A stretch of DNA of 64,000 bases. Origin: Nanoarchaeota archaeon SCGC AAA011-D5. Its GTDB lineage: Archaea > Nanobdellota > Nanobdellia > Pacearchaeales > GW2011-AR1. The notes under the pieces are model-generated. The model saw only the letters and a list, made by a program, of their open reading frames with translations, had not been told where the DNA came from and searched no databases. A program made the position numbers and the translations under genes. Positions 28,212-36,453 of the stretch are shown piece by piece. Within the stretch, counting starts at the first letter, position 1, and each line of letters starts with the position of its first letter. Where the stretch lies: positions 1,494 to 65,493 of the forward strand of contig ASMP01000002.1 of NCBI GenBank assembly GCA_000405225.1. The letters are read 5' to 3'.

Positions 28212-29123
28212 TTATTCTATCTGGGATTTTAATCTGAATAGATTTGGGTAAAGCTCATGTCCTCTTTCTCTAAAGTTCTTAACCCATTTTCCATGATCTT
28301 TATCTCTAACAAGAAGAACAGGGAAAGGACTGATTTCTTTTTTATTCATCGTTATGCCTCTTGGAAACCTTAGTTTCAATATATTATAATTATCAGGATC
28401 CAAACCAAACCCAGAAAGCGTTTTTTCAGGATATGCCAGCATTGCATTTAGACCAGACGAAAAGAATTTTGAATGATGCTCCCATTTTTCTCCTTCATAT
28501 CTGGAAGCGTGCTCAAATGAATGGTCTTTGGCTTTTTCGTGTACAGCAACAATAAAACTAAAAGGAAGAGATAACATAAATCTCGTGCTTGAGGATAAGG
28601 CATTTACAATTTCCTCCAAGGACTTATCTTTGTAATTTTTTACCAATCTCCTTACGCCATGTCTAAAAACCTCAAAGATTATCTTTGGGGGATTTTCAAA
28701 ATAATTTCCTAGTTGCAGGCAAGCATACTTTGCCAATTGTTCGTCCCTAATTTCTAAACTTTCTCCGGGAGAAACCGCCTTTGATTCGCGCAAACAGGAT
28801 TTTTCATAAAAAACCACATCCAGCTCGCTTGCTAAAATATTATTGTTAAAAGGTTTATCAGATTCATGATGGTTATTTGATAATTGACGACTCCCTTTCA
28901 GCACTCCTCCATAAATTCCTTGGGTCAGAAGTTCAAAGTAATAACCGAGCCTAACTCTTAGTCCATATTTGAGAAGACTTCCTTCAAGACCATCTAAGCT
29001 TAACTGAAGAGGGTATTGAATCTGCCTGTTACTGGTTCTTAATTCATCTGCCTCCAAATAATCATAAAGCCCTTTAAACGGGTTTTCAGCCCTGACAAAC
29101 CTAAACCTCTTTTCCATAAACAA
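28212..29123 (-). CDS. hypothetical protein (303 aa), possible PD-(D/E)xK nuclease fold
   Basis: Long ORF 38 nt upstream of rnhB on the same strand. The segment ELDVVFYEKSCLRESK could be a D...ExK motif. Weak. Confidence 0.5.
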   Translation of the reverse strand: MFMEKRFRFVRAENPFKGLYDYLEADELRTSNRQIQYPLQLSLDGLEGSLLKYGLRVRLGYYFELLTQGIYGGVLKGSRQLSNNHHESDKPFNNNILASELDVVFYEKSCLRESKAVSPGESLEIRDEQLAKYACLQLGNYFENPPKIIFEVFRHGVRRLVKNYKDKSLEEIVNALSSSTRFMLSLPFSFIVAVHEKAKDHSFEHASRYEGEKWEHHSKFFSSGLNAMLAYPEKTLSGFGLDPDNYNILKLRFPRGITMNKKEISPFPVLLVRDKDHGKWVKNFRERGHELYPNLFRLKSQIE

Positions 29124-29224
29124 AAAAAAGAGGTGTTCTTTAAAAAAATTTAGAGGATTAACAATATATCTGACTTTGTGTAAAAGAATATATCCTAAAG
29201 GATATACTTTGTGACAGTTTAATT

Positions 29225-29539
29225 TTAAGCTGCAGTTTTTTGTTCATAAAATCTGATGTTAATTCTATAAACATAAAGAGGCTGTGCCTTTATTCCAAAT
29301 GCTTTAATAAATCGCGTAACTGCTTCTAATCCCTCTTCCATCAAAGCTTGTAGTTCTGGATGAGCACAATCATTTATTGCTTCTCTAAATCTTTTATCAC
29401 TATCTTGGTTAAATTTAGAAGGATCGTAACTAAAATTATCCGCAAGATGTAGAATATCTTTAAGAGGTCCTTCTGGAGATCTATCTGAGAAACAATAACT
29501 TATATCTTTATTTGTTCTAGAGCGAATTGATACTTCCAT
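29225..29539 (-). CDS. hypothetical protein (104 aa)
   Basis: ORF track only. Confidence 0.4.
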   Translation of the reverse strand: MEVSIRSRTNKDISYCFSDRSPEGPLKDILHLADNFSYDPSKFNQDSDKRFREAINDCAHPELQALMEEGLEAVTRFIKAFGIKAQPLYVYRINIRFYEQKTAA

Positions 29540-29716
29540 AAAAATTCTATTAAAATACCTTATTTAAATCTTTTTATTGTTTGACGAGAACAAATTTTAG
29601 CGAGTATATCCTTTTAGCTAAGTTTTGTGTAAACAAGTAAACCATTATTCAGGCTTTATACACAAAAGTCTTTGTAAAAGCAAGCTTTAAAAGCAAATAG
29701 ACTTATCAGTTCTTAG

Positions 29717-29791
29717 AGCAGCGTAGAGGAGTCTGGAGTCCTCGCAGGGCCCATAACCCTGAGATCAATGGTTCAAATCCATTCGCTGCTA
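29717..29791 (+). tRNA. initiator tRNA-Met (anticodon CAT)
   Basis: Hand-folded cloverleaf. Acceptor AGCAGCG/CGCTGCT with A1:U72. Anticodon stem CAGGG/CCCTG (three G:C pairs) with loop CCCATAA. T arm AATGG-TTCAAAT-CCATT. No encoded CCA. CTTTAAAAGC box ~30 nt upstream, and T6 directly downstream. Confidence 0.85.
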
Positions 29792-29924
29792 TTTTTTGAT
29801 AAGAAATTTAAAGTTATAGGAAAAGAAGAATATGAGAAATTGATGAATAAAAAGAAGAATTGAATTTACAATATTTAATATAATAATAACTTTTTTAAGC
29901 AGTTAATTCTCAATAGTTAGTATA

Positions 29925-30062
29925 GCCCATGTCGCATAGTGGTATTGCAGCGGATTGCTAACAGGAAGAACCAAGGTTCTTCTATGATGACATCTCCTTT
30001 TTGGAGAAAAGACAAACATCCGCGCCCTTCGGGGTTCGCAGGTTCGATTCCTGCCGTGGGCG
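29925..30062 (+). tRNA. tRNA-Ser (anticodon GCT) with a ~57-nt intron 3' of anticodon-loop position 37
   Basis: Acceptor GCCCATG/CGTGGGC. Anticodon stem GCGGA...TCCGC with loop TTGCTAA interrupted at ~29961-30017. Long variable arm GCCCTTCGGGGTTC. T arm GCAGG-TTCGATT-CCTGC. Discriminator G. TTTTTTAAGC box ~34 nt upstream, and T5 downstream. Confidence 0.8.
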
Positions 30063-30151
30063 TTTTTATAATGAAAAAATATTATATCTCTAAATCTCGT
30101 TTTGGTAAATGAGTATTTGCTTCTAGAAATGTAAAAAGAGGGGAATTGATT

Positions 30152-30301
30152 ATGAAGTTTAAAGGAAAGATTATTTCTGGTGATCAATTAGACAAAATAA
30201 CAAAGGCAGGAAGAAATACTTTGCTTGGAATTTTTGGTGGAGGGCTTGGAACCCTTGCTTACGGGATTGTTATAGGAATTGTTGCCTGGAAGAAAAAATA
30301 A
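30152..30301 (+). CDS. possible small membrane protein (49 aa)
   Basis: Hand translation MKFKGKIISGDQLDKITKAGRNTLLGIFGGGLGTLAYGIVIGIVAWKKK. Preceded by an AAAGAGGGG SD-like sequence. Below the track size cutoff. Confidence 0.3.
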   Translation: MKFKGKIISGDQLDKITKAGRNTLLGIFGGGLGTLAYGIVIGIVAWKKK

Positions 30302-31099
30302 TCACTTGCTTATATCGCTCGTTTTTCTGTAATTTAGGTAAAGCTTGTCCAGTATAGAAATCACTCTTTGTCTCTGCTCTGAATTTCCAAGGCCTTTCCA
30401 ATCCAAAAGAACAAAATCAATTTCTTCCTCTGTTTTTTTCACTGCTTCTGCAATCATTTCCTCTGACAGAGGAAATGCATATTGGGGGATTATATGAGAA
30501 ATTGCTACATTTGACTTCATCTGGATTTTATTGAAACTGGGGCAATAATGGGGACCGCCAATTGCAACCGCGATTTCGGTGTAAGGATTTTCTTTGAACT
30601 CGCTGATGGCTTCGCTTATTGTCTTTGCGACGACAAATCCTGCCCTGCTATTAGTCCATTCTGTTTCTGTCGAGCCTATCTCAATAAAGAGACATGGTTT
30701 GTCAATCAAAGGGCCATGATGGGTGGCTTCCATTGTGACTTTGAATTCCTTCAAGTAGTTTTTTTCTACATTTTCACCAAGCTTTTCAAAAACATGTTTC
30801 ATGAAAAGCGCAGATGTCTTGCAGACCTTGTTTTTTTCTCCTCCGAGCTCTGCCAATCGCCAGTTCCCGGGAGCATGCACAGAAAGCGTCTTTTCCTTAC
30901 TTTCTGATTTGTGCTTAGAAGCAAAAATAACAAAATCGTAGGAATTCACTTTTTCAAGGTCAAGGTTTTCTGTATAAATTATTTCCTTGTCAACAAGATA
31001 GAACTTAAATTCTCCAAACTGGCTTAACTGCGTTGTGATGTTTATTCCGGCCTTGTCAAGCTTCGAGGCAACTATGAGGAATTTTTGATATTTTGGCAT
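30302..31099 (-). CDS. dtdA: D-aminoacyl-tRNA deacylase, archaeal type (DTD2)
   Basis: Archaeal DtdA pattern: N-terminal FLIVASKLDKAGINI, HAPGNW, MEATHHGP. 265 aa. Confidence 0.82.
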   Translation of the reverse strand: MPKYQKFLIVASKLDKAGINITTQLSQFGEFKFYLVDKEIIYTENLDLEKVNSYDFVIFASKHKSESKEKTLSVHAPGNWRLAELGGEKNKVCKTSALFMKHVFEKLGENVEKNYLKEFKVTMEATHHGPLIDKPCLFIEIGSTETEWTNSRAGFVVAKTISEAISEFKENPYTEIAVAIGGPHYCPSFNKIQMKSNVAISHIIPQYAFPLSEEMIAEAVKKTEEEIDFVLLDWKGLGNSEQRQRVISILDKLYLNYRKTSDISK

Positions 31100-31172
31100 G
31101 ATGTTAAATGGAACGAATTTTTAAATATTTTAACCCGAATAATTTATTAATCAGCCCATTATTAATATTTCT

Positions 31173-31415
31173 ATGATAGAACTTATTAAGCTTATTATCG
31201 GGGTTTTTGTCCTTATCTTAGGAATTCCCATAGGAAACTGGCTTTCAAGGGCCACGAAAGAAGAACTTGGACAAGGCCAAAAATGGTTTAAGCGCGTTGT
31301 TCTTATAAGCTTAATCGGGGTTTTAGTTGGCTTGATATTGAGAAATGATGTTTTGCTTTTCAGTTTTGCTTTTATTGCTATTGTTACCAGCAGAAGTCTG
31401 AAAAGGAGAGGGTAA
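31173..31415 (+). CDS. small integral membrane protein (80 aa, 3 predicted TM)
   Basis: Hydrophobic segments. Its stop lies 1 nt before the dphB start, suggesting translational coupling. Confidence 0.45.
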   Translation: MIELIKLIIGVFVLILGIPIGNWLSRATKEELGQGQKWFKRVVLISLIGVLVGLILRNDVLLFSFAFIAIVTSRSLKRRG

Positions 31416-31416
31416 A

Positions 31417-32118
31417 ATGTTATATCTTATAGGATTGGGATTGAACAGCAAAGGATACAGCAGAGAAGCATATGATGCAATTAAAAATGCAGACAAGGTA
31501 TATGTTGACACATATACTATTGAATTTCCCTATGATTTTTCAGAGATTACTAGCCAGTTCAGAAACAAGAAGTTCATTCCTGCAGGCCGGGAATTTGTAG
31601 AGGGACTGGGTTTTTTAGAAGAGGCAAAAAACAAAGACATTGTTCTTCTGGTTTATGGAAGTCCTTTAGTTGCCACAACACACAGCGTGATAATCAAGGA
31701 AGCAATGGGGAAGAAACTAAAGATAAAGATAATTCATGCCGGTTCAATACTCGATGCTGTTGCGGAAACAGGCTTGCAGCCATACAAATTCGGGAAAACA
31801 ACAAGCCTGCCTAACTTTCCTGCAGACAGCTATATTGATATTGTAAGGGAAAATCTAAAATTGGGGAGCCATACATTAGTTCTCGTTGATATAGGACTTA
31901 AGTTTGAAGACGCTTTAAACAAGCTGGTTAAAGACAGCAAGAACAAAAAAGTAAAAATGAATAAGGTGGTTGTCTGCGAAAGGCTTGGCTTGAAAGATTC
32001 ACACATTTACCATAGCAGTATTAAAAATCTTAAATCCATGAAAGTCACAGCTCCTTTCTGCATCATAATTCCTGGTAAGCTGCATTTCGTTGAGAAAGAG
32101 TTTTTAAATTCCATTTAG
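31417..32118 (+). CDS. dphB: diphthine synthase
   Basis: MLYLIGLGL N-terminus and tetrapyrrole-methylase-like pattern. Consistent with the diphthamide loop in aEF-2. Confidence 0.88.
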   Translation: MLYLIGLGLNSKGYSREAYDAIKNADKVYVDTYTIEFPYDFSEITSQFRNKKFIPAGREFVEGLGFLEEAKNKDIVLLVYGSPLVATTHSVIIKEAMGKKLKIKIIHAGSILDAVAETGLQPYKFGKTTSLPNFPADSYIDIVRENLKLGSHTLVLVDIGLKFEDALNKLVKDSKNKKVKMNKVVVCERLGLKDSHIYHSSIKNLKSMKVTAPFCIIIPGKLHFVEKEFLNSI

Positions 32119-32129
32119 CTCTTTATAAA

Positions 32130-34970
32130 ATGCACGATTTCAAGAAAGTTGAGGAAGAAGTTCTAAAGTTTTGGAAAGAAAAAAAGATATTCAAAAAACT
32201 GGTCAAGAAAAACAAAGGAAATAAAAGATGGAGTTTTATTGATGGACCAATTACAGCTAATAATCCAATGGGTGTTCATCACGCCTGGGGAAGAACTTAC
32301 AAGGACCTTTTTCACAGATTTAAATCGATGCAGGGTTTTGAAACAAGGTTCCAAAATGGCTTTGATTGTCAAGGGCTTTGGGTTGAGAGAGAAGAAGAAA
32401 AAGACCTTGGACTGAAAGACAAAAAAGACATTGAAAAATTTGGGGTTTTGAAATTTGTGGAAGCATGCAGAAGACGTGTTGAAAAATTCTCCAAAATTCA
32501 GACAGAGCAGTCAATAAGGCTTGGGCAATGGATGGACTGGGATAATTCTTATTATACCATGTCGGATAAGAATCAGTTACATAACTGGCATTTAATAAAG
32601 GTTTATCATAACAAAGGCTGGCTATATAAAGGAAAAGATTCTGTACCATGGTGCTGGCGTTGTGGCACGGCAAGTTCAAAGCACGATATCATAACAGAAG
32701 GCTACAAGGAAGTGACTCATCCTGCATTATTTATGAAATTCCCTGTTAAAGGAAAAAAGAATGAATACTTCCTGATATTCACGACAACACCCTGGACAGT
32801 TCCGGCAAATGTCGCAATTGCAGTAAACAAAGATGTAATGTATGTAAAGGCGGAACTGGAGGGAAAACATTACTGGATTGCTGAAAAAAGGTTAAGTGAG
32901 TTGAAAGGAAATTATAAAATCATTGAAAAGAAAAAGGGTGGAGACCTTGAGGGAATTGGTTATGAAATGCCGTATAAGAATTTTGACGGCCAGGCAGAGT
33001 CTCAGCATAAAGTTGTTTTGTGGGAACTAGCTTCTGAAGAAGAGGGAACAGGGATAGTGCATATTGCTCCTGGATGTGGCGCAGAAGATTATGGACTAGG
33101 GAAAAAATTTCATTTGAATGTTATTTCCCCTCTTGATGAAGCAGGGGTTTACCTCGAAGGATTTGGAAGATTTTCAGGGAAAAAATATTCTGAAGTCAAT
33201 AAAGAGGTTCTGGAGGATATGGAAAAAAGGGGCTTTGCTTACAAAGTTATTCCTTACAAACATAGGTACCCTCATTGCTGGAGATGCGGAAACGAACTTG
33301 TGTTTAGGCTTGTTTCAGAATGGTATATAAAATGCGATGAAATAAAGAAAAAACTGATTGAAGAAAACAGAAAAGTAAAATGGTATCCAGAATACGGAAA
33401 AATAAGGCAAGAAGAATGGTTCAAGAACATGGGAGATTGGCTTATCTCGCGAGAGAGATATTGGGGACTGGCCTTACCAATCTGGGAATGTAATTGTGGA
33501 GAGATATTTGTTGCGGGAAGTTTAGAGGAGTTAAGAAGAGTTGCAGTAGACAAGAATAAAGTTGATAATCTCAAAGAAATGCATAGACCATGGATAGATG
33601 AAATAAGAATAAAATGCAAAAAATGTGGAAATGAGGCAGAAAGAATTAAAGATGTTGGAGATGCTTGGCTTGATGCAGGAATTGTTCCTTTTTCAACGCT
33701 GAATTACCTGGAAGATAAAAAATATTGGAAGAAATGGTTTCCTGCTGACTTTATCTCAGAGAATATGCCTGGGCAGGCCCGTGGCTGGTTCAATGCATTG
33801 ATGTGGGCAAGCGTTGCAATAACTGGAAAAATTCCATTCAGATCTCTCTTAGGATATGAAACTCTTAAAGATGAAAAAGGAGAAGAAATGCACAAAAGCA
33901 AAGGAAACATGATAGTCTTTGATGCTGCCGCTGATAAAATCGGCGCAGATTCTATGAGGCTTCTTTACTGTTTGCAAGACCCAGGTCAAGATTTAAGATT
34001 TGGTTTTCACATTGCAAAGGAGCCAAGAAATAACCTAAATATTTTTTATAATCTAAAAAACCTTGTGGAAAATTCAAAAGAGAGCAAGATAGAGAAGATA
34101 GAAGACAAGTGGATAATATCGAGATTAAATTCCCTGATATTAAAAGTAACAGAAGAGATTGAAAATCTTCATCCACATCTGGCAACAAGAGCCTTGCAGA
34201 ACTTCTGGCTTAATGATTTCAGCAGGGGGTATATACAATTTGTGAGAGACAGGATTTCAGCAGAAGATGGGGATGCAATTTTTGTTGTCAAAGAGGTTTA
34301 TTTAAACCTACTTAAGCTCCTTGCACCCATTTGCCCTTTTTCAACAGAAACAATCTGGCAAGACCTAAAAAAGAAGGGCATTGTCAAAGAAGAAAGCGTT
34401 CACCTGTCTAAATGGCCAAAGGTTGACAAGAAAAAGATAAACAAGAAACTTGAAGAAAGATTTGATGTTGTTTTAAGGATAATAGAAAAAGGCCTTGCGG
34501 AAAGAGACAAGGCAAGAATTGGATTGAGGTGGCCTCTTCGGGAAATAAGAATTTTTAGCAAAGAAAACCTCAAAGATTTTAATGAAATAATCAAAAGTCA
34601 GCTTAACATAAAGGTTGTAAAATTTGAATCTCCTGTTTCAAAAGAAAAAGAACTGGGAATAGAGCTGGAAACAAAAACAACTCCAGAACTGGAAGCAGAG
34701 GGCTATGCCCGCGAGATTTCCAGGCAAATCCAGGATTTCAGGAAAAAACTCGGATTGCAGAAAAAGGACTTGATAGAGCTTTTCATAATCACCGACGGCG
34801 AGTTCCAGAAAATTCTGGAATCCCAGAAAGAGTTCATAAAGGAGAGGACAAATTCAAGAAAAATTGAGATTTTTACCCACGATAAAGTAGGTATTAAAGA
34901 AAGATTTAAAAACAAAACTAACTTTTCAATAAAAGATAAAAGAGGCGAGATAGCAGTGATAATTGCCTGA
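32130..34970 (+). CDS. ileS: isoleucyl-tRNA synthetase (class Ia)
   Basis: DGPITANNPMGVHHAWGRT (HIGH variant). Editing-domain TTTPWTVPANVAIAV. WLISRERYWG. MHKSKGN (KMSKS variant). The Ile vs Val/Leu assignment is by motif memory. Confidence 0.8.
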   Translation: MHDFKKVEEEVLKFWKEKKIFKKLVKKNKGNKRWSFIDGPITANNPMGVHHAWGRTYKDLFHRFKSMQGFETRFQNGFDCQGLWVEREEEKDLGLKDKKDIEKFGVLKFVEACRRRVEKFSKIQTEQSIRLGQWMDWDNSYYTMSDKNQLHNWHLIKVYHNKGWLYKGKDSVPWCWRCGTASSKHDIITEGYKEVTHPALFMKFPVKGKKNEYFLIFTTTPWTVPANVAIAVNKDVMYVKAELEGKHYWIAEKRLSELKGNYKIIEKKKGGDLEGIGYEMPYKNFDGQAESQHKVVLWELASEEEGTGIVHIAPGCGAEDYGLGKKFHLNVISPLDEAGVYLEGFGRFSGKKYSEVNKEVLEDMEKRGFAYKVIPYKHRYPHCWRCGNELVFRLVSEWYIKCDEIKKKLIEENRKVKWYPEYGKIRQEEWFKNMGDWLISRERYWGLALPIWECNCGEIFVAGSLEELRRVAVDKNKVDNLKEMHRPWIDEIRIKCKKCGNEAERIKDVGDAWLDAGIVPFSTLNYLEDKKYWKKWFPADFISENMPGQARGWFNALMWASVAITGKIPFRSLLGYETLKDEKGEEMHKSKGNMIVFDAAADKIGADSMRLLYCLQDPGQDLRFGFHIAKEPRNNLNIFYNLKNLVENSKESKIEKIEDKWIISRLNSLILKVTEEIENLHPHLATRALQNFWLNDFSRGYIQFVRDRISAEDGDAIFVVKEVYLNLLKLLAPICPFSTETIWQDLKKKGIVKEESVHLSKWPKVDKKKINKKLEERFDVVLRIIEKGLAERDKARIGLRWPLREIRIFSKENLKDFNEIIKSQLNIKVVKFESPVSKEKELGIELETKTTPELEAEGYAREISRQIQDFRKKLGLQKKDLIELFIITDGEFQKILESQKEFIKERTNSRKIEIFTHDKVGIKERFKNKTNFSIKDKRGEIAVIIA

Positions 34971-35074
34971 GAGGTGATTTCCTGCAGTAATCGTTACTAA
35001 GCGGTGATTTCATAAGGGTTACTCTTTTATCATAACAATATTTAAAAATCAGTATAGTATCAAAAGGTGATAAA

Positions 35075-35881
35075 ATGATAGTAAAAGATGAATTTCTGGG
35101 CAGGCTAAGAAAGATTTTTGACCTGAATTTATACGAGGTAAAGGTTTGGGCCGCTCTTCTTTCCAGGGGAACTTCGACTGCCGGAGAACTGAGCAGCATT
35201 TCTGATGTGCCGAGATCAAGGACTTATGATATTCTCGAGAGCCTCGAAAAAAAAGGATTTATAATAATGAAGCTAGGAAAGCCGATAAAGTTTATAGCTT
35301 TAAAGCCTGCAGAAGTTGTTGAGCGCGTTAAGAAAAATATGATGACGGATGCAAAAGAAAAATCAAAGAGGCTTGAATCTCTTAGAGGTGATGAGGTGCT
35401 CGATGAACTGAATGCTCTTTTCACGAAAGGAGTTAAATTTGTTGAGCCTTCTGATTTGTCAGGAAGCATCAAAGGCAGACAGAATATTTACAATCATCTG
35501 GACATGATGGTAAGGGAGGCGGAAAAGACAGTTACCATAGCGACAACTGAGGAAGGTTTGAACAGGAAATTCGAGGCTTTGATGCCTAGCTTTGAAAAAT
35601 GCAGAAAAAGAGGTGTTAGGGTAAGGATTGCTGCACCGATAACAAAAAATAACATAAAGATTGCAAAGGAAATCAGGAAAGTTGCAGAGGTCAGGAACCT
35701 TGAAAAGTTTAAGGCAAGGATGACAATTGTGGACGGAAATCAGATGATGTTCATGCTCTTAGATGATGAAAAATTCCACCCGAATTATGATGTTGGTGTT
35801 TGGATAAACACAGAGTTCTTTGCCCATGCCCTCGAGCAATTTTTCGAACTCGCATGGAAAGACATGAAGCCCGTCAGGTGA
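35075..35881 (+). CDS. TrmB-family transcriptional regulator
   Basis: wHTH YEVKVWAALLSRGTSTAGELSSISDVPRSRTYDILESLEKKGFI plus a C-terminal TrmB-like domain. Confidence 0.75.
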   Translation: MIVKDEFLGRLRKIFDLNLYEVKVWAALLSRGTSTAGELSSISDVPRSRTYDILESLEKKGFIIMKLGKPIKFIALKPAEVVERVKKNMMTDAKEKSKRLESLRGDEVLDELNALFTKGVKFVEPSDLSGSIKGRQNIYNHLDMMVREAEKTVTIATTEEGLNRKFEALMPSFEKCRKRGVRVRIAAPITKNNIKIAKEIRKVAEVRNLEKFKARMTIVDGNQMMFMLLDDEKFHPNYDVGVWINTEFFAHALEQFFELAWKDMKPVR

Positions 35882-36029
35882 CGGGTGATTTTACCCGGGA
35901 TTTTATAAGAGAATTTAACAAGAAAGGTTTTTATATAAAATAGAAAATGGTAACTATGGGGCTGGAAATTTCACAATAAACCAAGGTATCTTCTCTAAAA
36001 TTTGATAAATAAAAAAATAAAATAAATAG

Positions 36030-36365
36030 TTAATTTTTTGCCAGTGCGAATACGTTCTTAACAGCCACAATTACTGTAGCTGGAACGAAAATCACAAGTA
36101 ATGCGTCAAGGATAGAGCCTATGTAAGGCAATCCACCAATTAAGCTTCCGCCGAGAGCACTTGCAATTATTAAAACCACACCAGACATTAAGAAAGCCGA
36201 GACTTCTTTAGCACCAACATTGAGCAATCCAACAATAAGTCCTATAACCACCAGAACCATAGCCCATGTGCCTGATGCGGCTCCAAGAAATCCTAGGACT
36301 ACAGCAAGGATTACGCCAATAAGGAACGCCCATCTTCCCAGCATATCTGTTCCTGATTTTGCCAT
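36030..36365 (-). CDS. small Gly/Ala/Val-rich integral membrane protein (111 aa)
   Basis: Three or four hydrophobic helices. Locally higher GC. Confidence 0.55.
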   Translation of the reverse strand: MAKSGTDMLGRWAFLIGVILAVVLGFLGAASGTWAMVLVVIGLIVGLLNVGAKEVSAFLMSGVVLIIASALGGSLIGGLPYIGSILDALLVIFVPATVIVAVKNVFALAKN

Positions 36366-36453
36366 TTCAACCTCCTTTTATTTGTATTTTATTAAGTGCA
36401 AAATGGTTTAAATACCTTACTCTGTATTGAGCTGTAAAGTAACCACATCAAAA

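Noticed and set aside
26129-29716. Orphan-rich block next to the tRNA-iMet/tRNA-Ser genes, considered as an integrated element.
   Set aside because: No integrase, recombinase, capsid or replication gene is present. I found no direct repeat of a tRNA 3' end (att site). The housekeeping gene rnhB sits in the middle of the block.
29903-30187. 94-aa minus-strand ORF from the track.
   Set aside because: It overlaps the intron-containing tRNA-Ser gene, whose cloverleaf can be folded by hand. The ORF is the reverse complement of tRNA plus spacer.
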